A stretch of 33,012 nt of DNA from a virus (taxonomy: Duplodnaviria; Caudoviricetes). How positions within the stretch are numbered: position 1 is the first letter of the stretch; every line of letters starts with the position of its first letter. The position numbers and the translations under genes were made by a program. Location: positions 1-33,012 of the IMG/VR virus record IMGVR_UViG_3300030118_004045. The stretch is one strand, 5' to 3'. The notes beneath the pieces are model-generated. The model worked only from the letters and a program-made list of their open reading frames with translations. It was not told where the DNA came from and did no database searches. This document shows, one piece after another, positions 14,905-23,769 of the stretch.

Positions 14905-16869
14905 CTACTGGTTAGCTTTTAATTTCTTTAGTCTCTTTTTAATCTGTTCCGCTGTCGGGTTTGTAGAAGGCATTCTCGAATCATCTGGTTCTACTCCTGT
15001 AGTAACATTACTACCTGAATAATTAGCACCACCCGTTGCCGTATCCCTGAGTCTAGCTGTATCAATAGCTTGTTGTTTTGCGTCTCCTCTTGCGTCCATA
15101 AACTCATTAGCTTGAATCCGTCTATCTCTCTGTTGCCTTTCTGTATCCTCTCGCATTAATCTATCTGTAGTACCCTCTGTAGCAGGAGTACGTTGCATAC
15201 TTAAAAACGGCTGGTTTGTTGTTCCATATGAAGGTGTACTTGGTGTTGGTAATGCTGTACTCCTACCTATTGTACTTAATGAGCCTTCACTTAAATTTTT
15301 TGAAGGTATATTGGGTTTAGCTATTTCGTTTTGTATTTGCTTTAGGCTGGGTGCTTTACCAGTAAAGTTTATGGGAATATCAGCAGCATCAGCATCAGGA
15401 TTTACTGCCAATCCTGTATCAAAAGGTCGTATCTGTTTTTCTTGAGCTTCAGTTGGACCACCACTCATTAAGTCTAGCACTTGTTGTTGTCTACTTGCCA
15501 TACGTCCTTTTACAGCATCTCTCGCATCTAACTCAGCTAAGGAATCTGCTGGTTTACTAAAATCAAAAGTACCTGTAGCTCCTTTATAACCACTACCTAA
15601 CGCTCTCCTACCTGCTTTTGTTGTTGATGTACCAATTATCTTACCTGATTTATCTCTGATAACCCTACCTAAAAGCTCTCCTGAACCTGATTTGATTTCA
15701 TTCGCCTGTCTTTTTTCTTCAGCTAGTCTAGCTCTTTCAGTTTGTTGGGCTAATATCTCAGGTCTAAGCGTAGCGAATCTTTGCTCCCCTGTTCGCCTAC
15801 GTTCTAAAGCTTCTTTACCCATAGCTTCTTTCGCTGCTTTATCTCTTGCCATCATGTCCTCTCTTGAACGTAGATAGCCTAACCCAGAACCTGAACCACC
15901 AGAAGTACCACCTCCGCTTGGTGTAGCAGTTGAGGCTTCTTTAGTCCCTCTAGTCCGTGGTAGCTTTAATTGAGATCTTATTATATTGGGAATAGCTGAT
16001 GACATTTCTTTAGCCTTTTCATCATCTGCTTCAATCTGAGCCTTTCTTTCTTCTGCTGATTGTTTTCTAAAATCTCTACTCCCCCTTTTAGGTGTTTCAT
16101 TCCTTACTTCCATTGTTTGCAAAGGAACTTCAATTTCCCCTGACCTTCTCCCATCTGGACCTACTGCACCTTGTGAGGTAGGTACTATAGGATTTCCTTC
16201 ATTATCTACCCCCATTGGAGCCTCTCTCGGATCAACGTCCATAAATCCTTTAGAAGCTGGTGCGCTTTCAGGAGCTGGTGCGCTTTCAGGAGCTGGTGCG
16301 CTTTCAGGTTGTTTTTTACTTTCAACTGTGTCTTTTATAAACTTTTTTATTGGGGTGGGTGTGCCTGAACCTAGCTTAACTGATTCGTTTATATACGGAA
16401 CATCATCACTATTTATTAAATCCAAATTAGATTCTTGTACATTTCTACCCTCAGATATTAACAATTCTCTTTCTGGGTTCGACCTTCCAAATGAATCATC
16501 TCCTATATAATCAGGAGCAAACCCTAAAGCTTTATGCAACTGCCCTTCTTTTTTACCTGAAAATTCCCTAGTTATTGCTTGTTTTAAATTATGCCTATAA
16601 TTTGCTAATTTAGTAGCATACTTATCCCCGTGATCATTATAGAAAGTACTACTAACTTTATTGATCAAATCTGAAGATCCTATTTGTCTTAGTTGTTTAG
16701 TAAGCAACGCAGTAAGATTTTCTTGTGTACTTCCTATAACTCCCGTAGTATCTCCAAGTTTAGAACCTTTACTTGGACTAGAAAAAGCCCGATGAAATTT
16801 GTCTGAAAATTCTTTAGCGAGTTTAGCTTTATCTTTAGCGGAAAGCTTATCGTAGTCTACAGTAGCCAT
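14905..16869 (-). CDS. putative internal virion protein, largely low-complexity/disordered (654 aa)
   Basis: G/S/P/R-rich, carries PESAPA repeats, no Cys or Trp; first gene after its own promoter in the core-protein cluster. Confidence 0.6.
   Translation of the reverse strand: MATVDYDKLSAKDKAKLAKEFSDKFHRAFSSPSKGSKLGDTTGVIGSTQENLTALLTKQLRQIGSSDLINKVSSTFYNDHGDKYATKLANYRHNLKQAITREFSGKKEGQLHKALGFAPDYIGDDSFGRSNPERELLISEGRNVQESNLDLINSDDVPYINESVKLGSGTPTPIKKFIKDTVESKKQPESAPAPESAPAPESAPASKGFMDVDPREAPMGVDNEGNPIVPTSQGAVGPDGRRSGEIEVPLQTMEVRNETPKRGSRDFRKQSAEERKAQIEADDEKAKEMSSAIPNIIRSQLKLPRTRGTKEASTATPSGGGTSGGSGSGLGYLRSREDMMARDKAAKEAMGKEALERRRTGEQRFATLRPEILAQQTERARLAEEKRQANEIKSGSGELLGRVIRDKSGKIIGTSTTKAGRRALGSGYKGATGTFDFSKPADSLAELDARDAVKGRMASRQQQVLDLMSGGPTEAQEKQIRPFDTGLAVNPDADAADIPINFTGKAPSLKQIQNEIAKPNIPSKNLSEGSLSTIGRSTALPTPSTPSYGTTNQPFLSMQRTPATEGTTDRLMREDTERQQRDRRIQANEFMDARGDAKQQAIDTARLRDTATGGANYSGSNVTTGVEPDDSRMPSTNPTAEQIKKRLKKLKANQ
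16255..16308. repeat. perfect 3 x 18-bp tandem repeat (AGCTGGTGCGCTTTCAGG) encoding (PESAPA)3
   Basis: Read directly from the sequence. Confidence 0.95.
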
Positions 16870-16877
16870 ATCCTATA

Positions 16878-16905
16878 AATTTACAGCTATTTCAGACAAA
16901 GGCAA
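16878..16905 (-). promoter_or_regulatory. sigma70-like promoter TTGCCT-16-TAAATT
   Basis: On the - strand, -35 at 16905-16900 and -10 at 16883-16878; ATG at 16869 is 8 nt downstream. Confidence 0.5.
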
Positions 16906-16915
16906 CCGCTCAAAT

Positions 16916-18685
16916 CTAAGCAAGAGGTTGGTTTGTTAGCACATTTGTAAGCTGTTTCATAGACCTCCTGCGCCTTGATCCCTGTACCTTGTCTCCTAAA
17001 TCAAGAGGCTCTACAGCTACAAGACCATGACGTTGTCTTGCGACATCAATACAGATAAAGGCAGCATCAGCTAAGTCAGGGGATTTTCCTAACCGATTCT
17101 TATAATCTGGCTTGGATTCAAGCTTCATTCTAAGGGTAGAACCTTTGACCATATCGTACTTACGACCTACAACTTCTTGAGCTAACTCATTAGTAATACC
17201 AAATAACTGTTTAGTTCTACAGAATTCCTTACCCACAAACCAAAGTTCAGTAACTCGATTGACATAAAGCTCATTACCTATCAGTTTACTATTAGTACTG
17301 ACTCGCTTGTCAGATGCTTTTCCACCGAATGAAACACGAAGAATATCATCACCAAACTCAGCAGCAAGAATGTCAGCCAAAGGGCTACCAGCACCTGTGG
17401 AGTCGATTCCTAAATTGGCTGGGATTATCTTCCTCTTCTTGCACTCGTCCTTTATCTGCTGAACAATCTGGTAAGATCGGGGGACGGCTTTGTTGGTGGC
17501 ATCGTCAGTAAGAGATATCGCTTCACCTAGCTGGCAAACAAATTGACCAGACTTATCATACCCAACATGACCAGTATAAAGTATTGTTCGGTCACCACCA
17601 TTAGTAAAAGCAGGGTCACAGCCAGCAATAGGTGTGGGGGTTCCCTCCCATTCTATATTACCCATAGCTCCTGACTTAACTAACTCAGCGTCTGTGTAAA
17701 CTCCATCGGTTTCGTCAGAGTCAAAAAATACTGCACGTACCATTCGATAGTAACCTCTACTCTCTTGACCCAGCAGTGCTTTGTCTTCTTCTATCTTTTC
17801 TTCTGTAGGTAACCAAGGGTAGACTGTTTCACCAGCAATTATGTTAGGAGATCTTTCTCCATCATATCTTTTGTAAAGACCACCCCATTTTGTTTTCCAA
17901 GTTTCGTCTATGTTAGGATCAATAGAATCCCAGCCTTGTGCTGGTTCACTCCACTCACCGAAAGCATCCCAACGAGAAGCAGGGTTTGATAAACCAACCA
18001 AACTAAATGATGGGTTCTTTGATAAGTTAGATAGACCTGCTTGTAGTATTGCTGTTGATAGTTCTGAAAGCTCGTCTGCAATCAAGATAACATTCTTTTG
18101 TTTGATACCGATAAACTTACCGACAGCTTCCCTAGTCTTACTACGTTCTGCTGCAATCAAACTCAAACCCGCTTTCTCTATCAGAGTTCCATTCTCATTT
18201 ACGTAAGCGACGTTACCAATAGAATCTCTTATCTTAAATGGTGCGCCTTCTAACACTGTTAGTAAACTGATGACAGAACCCCATATTCTTTTTCTCGCCT
18301 CACGTAACGTAGTCGATGTTAGTAGAACAAGAGTATCTCTTGGTGCAGCTAACCAGTTCAGGATTCCCCATGCAGCCATAGTGTGTGACTTACCAGATGA
18401 CGCAGCACCACCAATAGACACATACTTATTTTGTATAACAGCTTGTATCATACTCTCTGCCCAAGGATGCTTAATCATCAGAGGTTCAGGGAGTTCGTCA
18501 TGATTCCATAGTTCATCACACAACCTCCAGAAGTAATACTCTCTTGCCTTATTACTTTTATGGTTAGCTAACCCATACAACAAACCTGTTATTGTGTTTG
18601 TTGCATCAATACTCATCCCACCTACATCCATCTTAGATGTCTTCTCATCTATCCGTGGTTCATATATTCGTAAGGTCTGCGTCAT
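16916..18685 (-). CDS. terL: terminase large subunit
   Basis: Walker A GAASSGKS, Walker B ILIADE, coupling motif LSNP; RNase H-like nuclease acidic motifs GCDPA, GIDSTG and SPDLADA. Confidence 0.92.
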   Translation of the reverse strand: MTQTLRIYEPRIDEKTSKMDVGGMSIDATNTITGLLYGLANHKSNKAREYYFWRLCDELWNHDELPEPLMIKHPWAESMIQAVIQNKYVSIGGAASSGKSHTMAAWGILNWLAAPRDTLVLLTSTTLREARKRIWGSVISLLTVLEGAPFKIRDSIGNVAYVNENGTLIEKAGLSLIAAERSKTREAVGKFIGIKQKNVILIADELSELSTAILQAGLSNLSKNPSFSLVGLSNPASRWDAFGEWSEPAQGWDSIDPNIDETWKTKWGGLYKRYDGERSPNIIAGETVYPWLPTEEKIEEDKALLGQESRGYYRMVRAVFFDSDETDGVYTDAELVKSGAMGNIEWEGTPTPIAGCDPAFTNGGDRTILYTGHVGYDKSGQFVCQLGEAISLTDDATNKAVPRSYQIVQQIKDECKKRKIIPANLGIDSTGAGSPLADILAAEFGDDILRVSFGGKASDKRVSTNSKLIGNELYVNRVTELWFVGKEFCRTKQLFGITNELAQEVVGRKYDMVKGSTLRMKLESKPDYKNRLGKSPDLADAAFICIDVARQRHGLVAVEPLDLGDKVQGSRRRRSMKQLTNVLTNQPLA

Positions 18686-18728
18686 TTAATTTGAAAGCTA
18701 TGTAAATATATAGTATATATTAAGTGCT
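18686..18728. promoter_or_regulatory. 43-bp divergent control region with perfect palindrome AATATATA-G-TATATATT and rightward promoter TTGAAA-17-TATATA
   Basis: Palindrome at 18705-18721; -35 at 18691-96 and -10 at 18714-19; lies between head-to-head terL and the HTH gene. Confidence 0.5.
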
Positions 18729-19349
18729 TTGGCTTATAAATCTAAAAAATCTAAGCTGCTTAAACATGCTCTCGAAATGTACGAGCAGCAATATAAACTT
18801 GTTACTATTGCGAAGGAGTTAGGAATCAATGTATCTACTCTCCGTAGATGGTTAAGGGATGAGGGTGCAAAACCAAAAAAAGATCCTCATGCAAATAACC
18901 CATCTCTGAAAGAAGTAGAAGAAGTAAAAGAAAATAAAGATCCTTTACAAGCAACACTTGATGATAACCTAGAAGGTAAAACAGATGAGGCTATAAAAGA
19001 AGCTAAACTGGAAGCTCGTATAGATGAGGACAAGAAACTTATGGAGATTGCTCAATCACAATCATCTCCAGCAGAAAAGTATCAATCTTATGTAGCTGCC
19101 TCCGCTATAAAACTTCTGCGGGACAGTATGAAAAACCTTAGAGGACCACGTACAGTTAAAGAACTGTCTGAGCTAGATCAGTTAATACGTAGGAATTTAG
19201 GTTTGAATGCACGTACAGCAGGGGGTTCAGGCAAGTTGCAGATAGACATTAGTATTTTAAATAACGCAAAGGCAGACCGTGGTGATGGTGCTGTTAAAAT
19301 AAACAAAGATAAAATAATAGATGTTGAGCCAGACGATGATAAATCCTGA
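18729..19349 (+). CDS. N-terminal HTH DNA-binding protein, possible terminase small subunit
   Basis: HTH YKLVTIAKELGINVSTLRRWL, a helical middle and a C-terminal strand plus IDVE tail typical of TerS; adjacent to terL but divergent; TTG start. Confidence 0.6.
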   Translation: MAYKSKKSKLLKHALEMYEQQYKLVTIAKELGINVSTLRRWLRDEGAKPKKDPHANNPSLKEVEEVKENKDPLQATLDDNLEGKTDEAIKEAKLEARIDEDKKLMEIAQSQSSPAEKYQSYVAASAIKLLRDSMKNLRGPRTVKELSELDQLIRRNLGLNARTAGGSGKLQIDISILNNAKADRGDGAVKINKDKIIDVEPDDDKS

Positions 19350-19593
19350 AACAAAAGAAGACTTAGATAAACCTGTACTTCTATTTAGTGGTTTAGAAGA
19401 TGCTTACATAGGCACGGTAGAACAGTATGGCAGACCACCTGTTGCTTGTTACTCAAAGCAAATGACAATAGATTTACTACAAAAAAATTATAACCTTACA
19501 AAGCAACAAGCTTATGAAAGGTATGAATATGAATACCTACAAACAAACTTTTGGGAGGGTACGCCATGTTTCTTAGACGATCTATCGGAGTAA
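19336..19593 (+). CDS. conserved small phage protein (G-[LF]-x-x-A-x-I-G…Y-S…EY…P-x-F family), paralog 1
   Basis: Aligns by eye with 27717-27983; ATG 19336 chosen for its short overlap with the upstream gene. Confidence 0.75.
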   Translation: MINPETKEDLDKPVLLFSGLEDAYIGTVEQYGRPPVACYSKQMTIDLLQKNYNLTKQQAYERYEYEYLQTNFWEGTPCFLDDLSE

Positions 19594-19835
19594 TGTTTGA
19601 AGACAGGAAGGTTGAAGAAAACCCCTGTGTCATGGTACGTAAAGAAATGGGTAAAGACTTTACCTATATTGTAGAACGTAGGTCTGGTACTTATTACAGA
19701 GTAATACCTAACTCAGCAAAAGAAGTATTTTATATACAGATGCTTGTCCCAAACGTAGATGCCTTAATTCCAGAAGAAGGAGATGGCGTAATACTTTCTG
19801 CTAAAGCTATAGAACATTGTGATTATAGGAGTTGA
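19593..19835 (+). CDS. hypothetical protein (80 aa, MFEDRKV…)
   Basis: TAATG stop/start coupling at 19591-19595; in frame with ORF 19551-19835. Confidence 0.65.
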   Translation: MFEDRKVEENPCVMVRKEMGKDFTYIVERRSGTYYRVIPNSAKEVFYIQMLVPNVDALIPEEGDGVILSAKAIEHCDYRS

Positions 19836-20325
19836 TAACGGACTCAACGGTGGGTTAGTCGCCATATCAAAACAAACAGGAGCTGTCATTGATAAGACAG
19901 TGATGCCTACACTTCATCGTTGTAAGAAACGAGAAACCGATACTCGTAAAGTATATGAATGGGTGATGGCACTTGAATCAGATTTTATCTTTGCTATCGA
20001 AGAGCCATTGCACCATGCAAAGAGTTCACAAGCTGTTCGATCTATGGCAATATCATTTGGTAAATTATTAGGACTAGCTGAAAGTAGGCAGTGGGATGTA
20101 CAATGCGTCAAAGTACGTAACTGGCAAAAGGCTATGTTAGGTCACTTGGCTCCACCGTATGATACAAAGAAAGCTGCATTAGGAGTGGCTAATATGTTAG
20201 CTCCTGAAGAATGTTGGTTAAAAAGTAAACGCTGTTCTAAACCTCACGATGGTATGGTAGACGCTTTTCTGATAGCTAGATACATACGGAAAGGTCACGC
20301 TTTAGTAGGGTATGATAAATTGTAA
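19819..20325 (+). CDS. ruvC: RuvC-like Holliday junction resolvase
   Basis: IIGVDNG N-terminal Asp, FAIEE Glu, C-terminal HDGMVDAFLIA Asp pair, FGKLLG and WQK motifs. Confidence 0.88.
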   Translation: MIIGVDNGLNGGLVAISKQTGAVIDKTVMPTLHRCKKRETDTRKVYEWVMALESDFIFAIEEPLHHAKSSQAVRSMAISFGKLLGLAESRQWDVQCVKVRNWQKAMLGHLAPPYDTKKAALGVANMLAPEECWLKSKRCSKPHDGMVDAFLIARYIRKGHALVGYDKL

Positions 20326-20335
20326 AAAGTTTTCC

Positions 20336-20363
20336 TTGCCTTCAATTCAAGTTCTTTTACTAT
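20336..20363 (+). promoter_or_regulatory. sigma70-like promoter TTGCCT-16-TACTAT
   Basis: -35 at 20336-41, -10 at 20358-63; ATG at 20371 is 7 nt downstream. Confidence 0.6.
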
Positions 20364-20370
20364 GTCTTAA

Positions 20371-21666
20371 ATGAAAAACCTATTCCCCGCTCAGTCCAAA
20401 GTGGCTGACTTCTTTGAAGAAAAACTAAGAGAAAATAAAAACACTCTAGATTCTAGCTCTGTTGGTACTGGAAAAACAGTAGTAGCAGCCCATTTAGCTT
20501 TACGTTTAGATCGTCCTGTAGCTGTCATGTGTCCTAAAGCAGTGATCCCTTCATGGGAAAGAGAGCTAAAGGAAGTGGGTATTGATCCTATATTCGTACT
20601 TAATTTTGAAAAGGTAAGGACTGGTAATACGCCACATATGTCTAAGAGGGGTAAAAAGATAATGAACTGGAAAGTCCCTAAGAACACTTTGTTTTTAGTA
20701 GATGAGATACATAAATGCAAAGGTCCATATACACAAAATGCACAGCTTATTATAAGCCTAGTTAAACAAGGGTTTCTAGTACATGGGATGTCAGCAACAG
20801 CGTGTGAAGATCCTACAGAGATGAGGTCTATCGGTTATATGTTAGGGCTACATAGCCTAGCTAAAACAGAAAATGGTTTATATAACTGGTTCAGTTGGAT
20901 GAAAGCTAATGGGTGTTACCAAGATGAGTGGAATGGTTGGCACTTAGGAGCAAAGAGTAACCTCAAAAAGATACACGAAAAGATCTATGGTGTTATGGGG
21001 GCTAAGTTAACTGTAGCAGATTTCCCTGATTCATTCAGAAATAACAGGGTTTTCATAGAGCCTATGGAATTTGCTGATTCTAAGAAGATCATAAAGACTT
21101 ATGAAAAGTTAGGGCTAACACCGCAAATAATAACAGAACTTATCGAAAATGGTTCTGTTGGAAATAGTGACCATGTGATCGTTAACATCCTACGTGCAAG
21201 ACAACTAACAGAAGCTATGAAAGTTCCTGATTTAGTTGCATACGCACAAGACTTAGAAGAACAAGGTAACTCTGTGGTGTTGTTTGTTAACTTCAGAGAC
21301 ACTGTAGTAACACTATGTGATCAACTGGAATGCAAAGCTATAGAGGGGGGTCAGACAGTAGAAGAACGACAAGCAATCGTAGACGAATTTCAAAATGATG
21401 AATCAACTATTGTGGTTGCTAACATTGCAGCAGGGGGTACTGGACTATCATTACACGATTGTAATGGGGATAGACCAAGAGTTAGTTTGATATGTCCTTC
21501 TTTCAATGCTAAAGACTACCTCCAAACTTTAGGACGTATCCACCGTAATGGTGCAAAGTCTGACGCTATACAAAAAGTTTTAGTTACATCAGGGTCTATA
21601 GAAGAAAATGTTATAGACTCTATTGAAAGAAAAATAAATAACCTAACAGAGTTACATGGAGTCTAG
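20371..21666 (+). CDS. superfamily 2 (DExH, SNF2-like) helicase
   Basis: Motif I SSVGTGKT, II VDEIH, III SAT, V AGGTGLSL, VI QTLGRIHR. Confidence 0.9.
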   Translation: MKNLFPAQSKVADFFEEKLRENKNTLDSSSVGTGKTVVAAHLALRLDRPVAVMCPKAVIPSWERELKEVGIDPIFVLNFEKVRTGNTPHMSKRGKKIMNWKVPKNTLFLVDEIHKCKGPYTQNAQLIISLVKQGFLVHGMSATACEDPTEMRSIGYMLGLHSLAKTENGLYNWFSWMKANGCYQDEWNGWHLGAKSNLKKIHEKIYGVMGAKLTVADFPDSFRNNRVFIEPMEFADSKKIIKTYEKLGLTPQIITELIENGSVGNSDHVIVNILRARQLTEAMKVPDLVAYAQDLEEQGNSVVLFVNFRDTVVTLCDQLECKAIEGGQTVEERQAIVDEFQNDESTIVVANIAAGGTGLSLHDCNGDRPRVSLICPSFNAKDYLQTLGRIHRNGAKSDAIQKVLVTSGSIEENVIDSIERKINNLTELHGV

Positions 21667-22777
21667 TACCCCCGACCATAGCAGCAGAGGACACGCTCCT
21701 TTCTCGCCATCAAGTCTCAAGTACGTAGCAGGTTGTTCTGGTTACGAAGGACGATCAGGTACAAACGCTGCTGCTGAAAAAGGTACTCGTATCCACGAAG
21801 CCTTAGAAGTTCGTGATCCCTCTGCCCTGCACGATGAAGACGAAGTCATGATCTATGAAGCAATCGTCAAGCAAGAGGATGAGTATACCAAGAATTATGC
21901 TAAAGGGCAGGAGTACAAGGAAGAGAATGAGATCTTACTAGATGTTGATCTTGACTCTACAAAAACGTGGGGAACTTGCGATAGACTACTTACATTTGGT
22001 AATAGAGCCATACTAGCAGATTACAAAACAGGGGTCAGTGAAATAGACCCACCTAGAAGTAACTGGCAAGCAAGGGCTTACACGGTTGGAGCTTTTCAAA
22101 AATATCCAGAGCTTGATGAAATCACTTTTGTGTTCTATATACCTGTACGCAATGAAGTACTGGAAGGAACATTTACACGAGAGGAATTGCCCTTATTGGT
22201 TAAGCAACTAGCCGACGTAATACGAAATGGGGAGAAAGTGCGCCCTCAATGGGATGGTGGTTTCCCAGAAGCAGACGCACTTTCTCCTTCGGTTAACTGC
22301 CGATTCTGTAAACACGAAGAGTATTGCCCTTCACTTGGTGGTTTAGCAGTTGAAATAGTACAACGTATATCAGGAGATAATTTACCTAAAGAAAATATAG
22401 AAGATCCTACAGACCCTAACACAGTAGAGCATCTTTATATCGTAGCTAAAGTTGTAGAGAATTGGGCAAAGAGGGTAAAAGAAAAAGCTGTTGCACTAGC
22501 TAAAGATGGAATGGAGTTTCAGAACTTGAAACTTAGATCTATGGGAGCAACTCGTAAGTGTACTGACAACATAAAGCTCGTCGAAATAGCAAAAGAGTAC
22601 GATTTAGAGCAAGAAGATTTACTTAATTTGATTAGTATTCCACTTAAAAAAGTAGCTAATGCTGTAGGGGATAATGCTCCTAAAGGAGAAAAAGGAGAAA
22701 AATCAAGATCTTTTCTTGACGCTGTTGAAAACAATGGCATTATAGAAACGTCAGAGGAAAGGTTTACCCTTTCTTAA
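21656..22777 (+). CDS. Cas4-like / DUF2800 PD-(D/E)XK exonuclease
   Basis: FSPSSL…C, GTRIHE, WGTCD, ADYKTG, QARAY and CRFC…CP cysteine cluster. Confidence 0.85.
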   Translation: MESSTPDHSSRGHAPFSPSSLKYVAGCSGYEGRSGTNAAAEKGTRIHEALEVRDPSALHDEDEVMIYEAIVKQEDEYTKNYAKGQEYKEENEILLDVDLDSTKTWGTCDRLLTFGNRAILADYKTGVSEIDPPRSNWQARAYTVGAFQKYPELDEITFVFYIPVRNEVLEGTFTREELPLLVKQLADVIRNGEKVRPQWDGGFPEADALSPSVNCRFCKHEEYCPSLGGLAVEIVQRISGDNLPKENIEDPTDPNTVEHLYIVAKVVENWAKRVKEKAVALAKDGMEFQNLKLRSMGATRKCTDNIKLVEIAKEYDLEQEDLLNLISIPLKKVANAVGDNAPKGEKGEKSRSFLDAVENNGIIETSEERFTLS

Positions 22778-22828
22778 AACTAAAATAAAACTAAGACCAA
22801 AACCAAAACTAAGACCATGCCCAAGACT
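22775..22828 (+). repeat. degenerate hexamer tandem repeat (YAARAC-like) in the leader of the SSB-like gene
   Basis: taaaac taaaat aaaac taagac caaaac caaaac taagac cATGcc caagac. Confidence 0.7.
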
Positions 22829-23473
22829 AAATTAGTAGAAGCTAAAAAAGAAGAACTCGCAGCTCCAGTAGCTGCTCCAAGGCTTGCGATATCAGCAGAA
22901 GATATCGAGATTCCAAGACTCAATGTTATACAAGGATCTTCGGAAATCGATGGTGACGAGGGTGCGCTCGTTATCAATAGAACCCACACTATTATGCCAA
23001 CAGGAGGATCGCTTTCAGTTATCCCAATCACAGCAATAAAAGGGTGGGCAGAAAACGTACCTTTTGGTTCAAACGAAGTAGCGAGAGTTGCTTACACCGC
23101 AGATGAGAAACAAGCAATAGCAGAGGATTCGGACTTCGGTACGATTGAGTTTGCTGATGTTACACTTCTTATCCCTGAACCAGAGGATATCGGAGAGGAC
23201 GCTGCCGACGCATTCCCTTTCCCCATAGGAGAAACCTCTTATGCGATGGGTAAAATCCATGTACGTAAAGCAGCATACCGAAATACGTTCAAGAGACTTG
23301 GACTATTTCAAGCGATGAATCCAGATGCTCCACTGTGTGCAAAACACTGGAAGTTTCAGGCTGATCAAGCTACAGCTAACAGAGTCAGTTGGTATATACC
23401 ACAAATGACTGTAACTAAGGTTGATACCGATCCACAAGTTGTTGATTTCGTATCTAGAATTATACCTGCATAA
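22817..23473 (+). CDS. putative single-stranded DNA-binding protein
   Basis: EDIEIPRLNVIQGSS N-terminal signature and C-terminal SWYIP; located between the Cas4-like nuclease and PolA, the usual SSB position in this module. Confidence 0.55.
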   Translation: MPKTKLVEAKKEELAAPVAAPRLAISAEDIEIPRLNVIQGSSEIDGDEGALVINRTHTIMPTGGSLSVIPITAIKGWAENVPFGSNEVARVAYTADEKQAIAEDSDFGTIEFADVTLLIPEPEDIGEDAADAFPFPIGETSYAMGKIHVRKAAYRNTFKRLGLFQAMNPDAPLCAKHWKFQADQATANRVSWYIPQMTVTKVDTDPQVVDFVSRIIPA

Positions 23474-23475
23474 TT

Positions 23476-23676
23476 ATGGGAGATATTACTATAGACGAAA
23501 AACTAAGTCACCTTGAAGGTGAGCTTGAACAAATAAGCAAAATCAGAAAAGAAATTTTTTCTAAAATAGAAGAACTTGAATTATCTGATGCAAAGATGTT
23601 GGCAACATCCGAGGCTTTTGAAGCTCAGATCAAAACCTTAAAGGAGCTAAAGGCATCTCAGCCTGAACTAATATAA
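23476..23676 (+). CDS. small coiled-coil protein (66 aa)
   Basis: Continuous heptad pattern; tight packing with the upstream gene. Confidence 0.7.
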   Translation: MGDITIDEKLSHLEGELEQISKIRKEIFSKIEELELSDAKMLATSEAFEAQIKTLKELKASQPELI

Positions 23677-23679
23677 ATC

Positions 23680-23759
23680 TCGTAAGCGGTAGGAGTTCCG
23701 CAACACGAAATGGGGGAGTCCACCTACGTGTCATAGGTTTTCACGTAGGTGGGCAACTC
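23680..23759 (+). ncRNA. two-hairpin structured intergenic element upstream of DNA polymerase
   Basis: TCGT-AA-GCGG/CCGC-AAC-ACGA (23680-23708) and perfect 11-bp CCACCTACGTG/CACGTAGGTGG (23720-23752) with loop TCATAGGTTTT; GC-rich within an AT-rich genome; no U-tract. Confidence 0.5.
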
Positions 23760-23769
23760 ATCGCAAATT

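Noticed and set aside
3210-16510. Plus-strand ORFs of 60-86 aa inside the large virion genes
   Set aside because: Shadow ORFs rich in S/F/L/I, as expected from the antisense of K/E-rich coding sequence.
21656-22777. Cas4-like gene as evidence of a CRISPR-Cas system
   Set aside because: No repeat-spacer array or other cas genes. Stand-alone Cas4-like nucleases are routine in phage replication modules.
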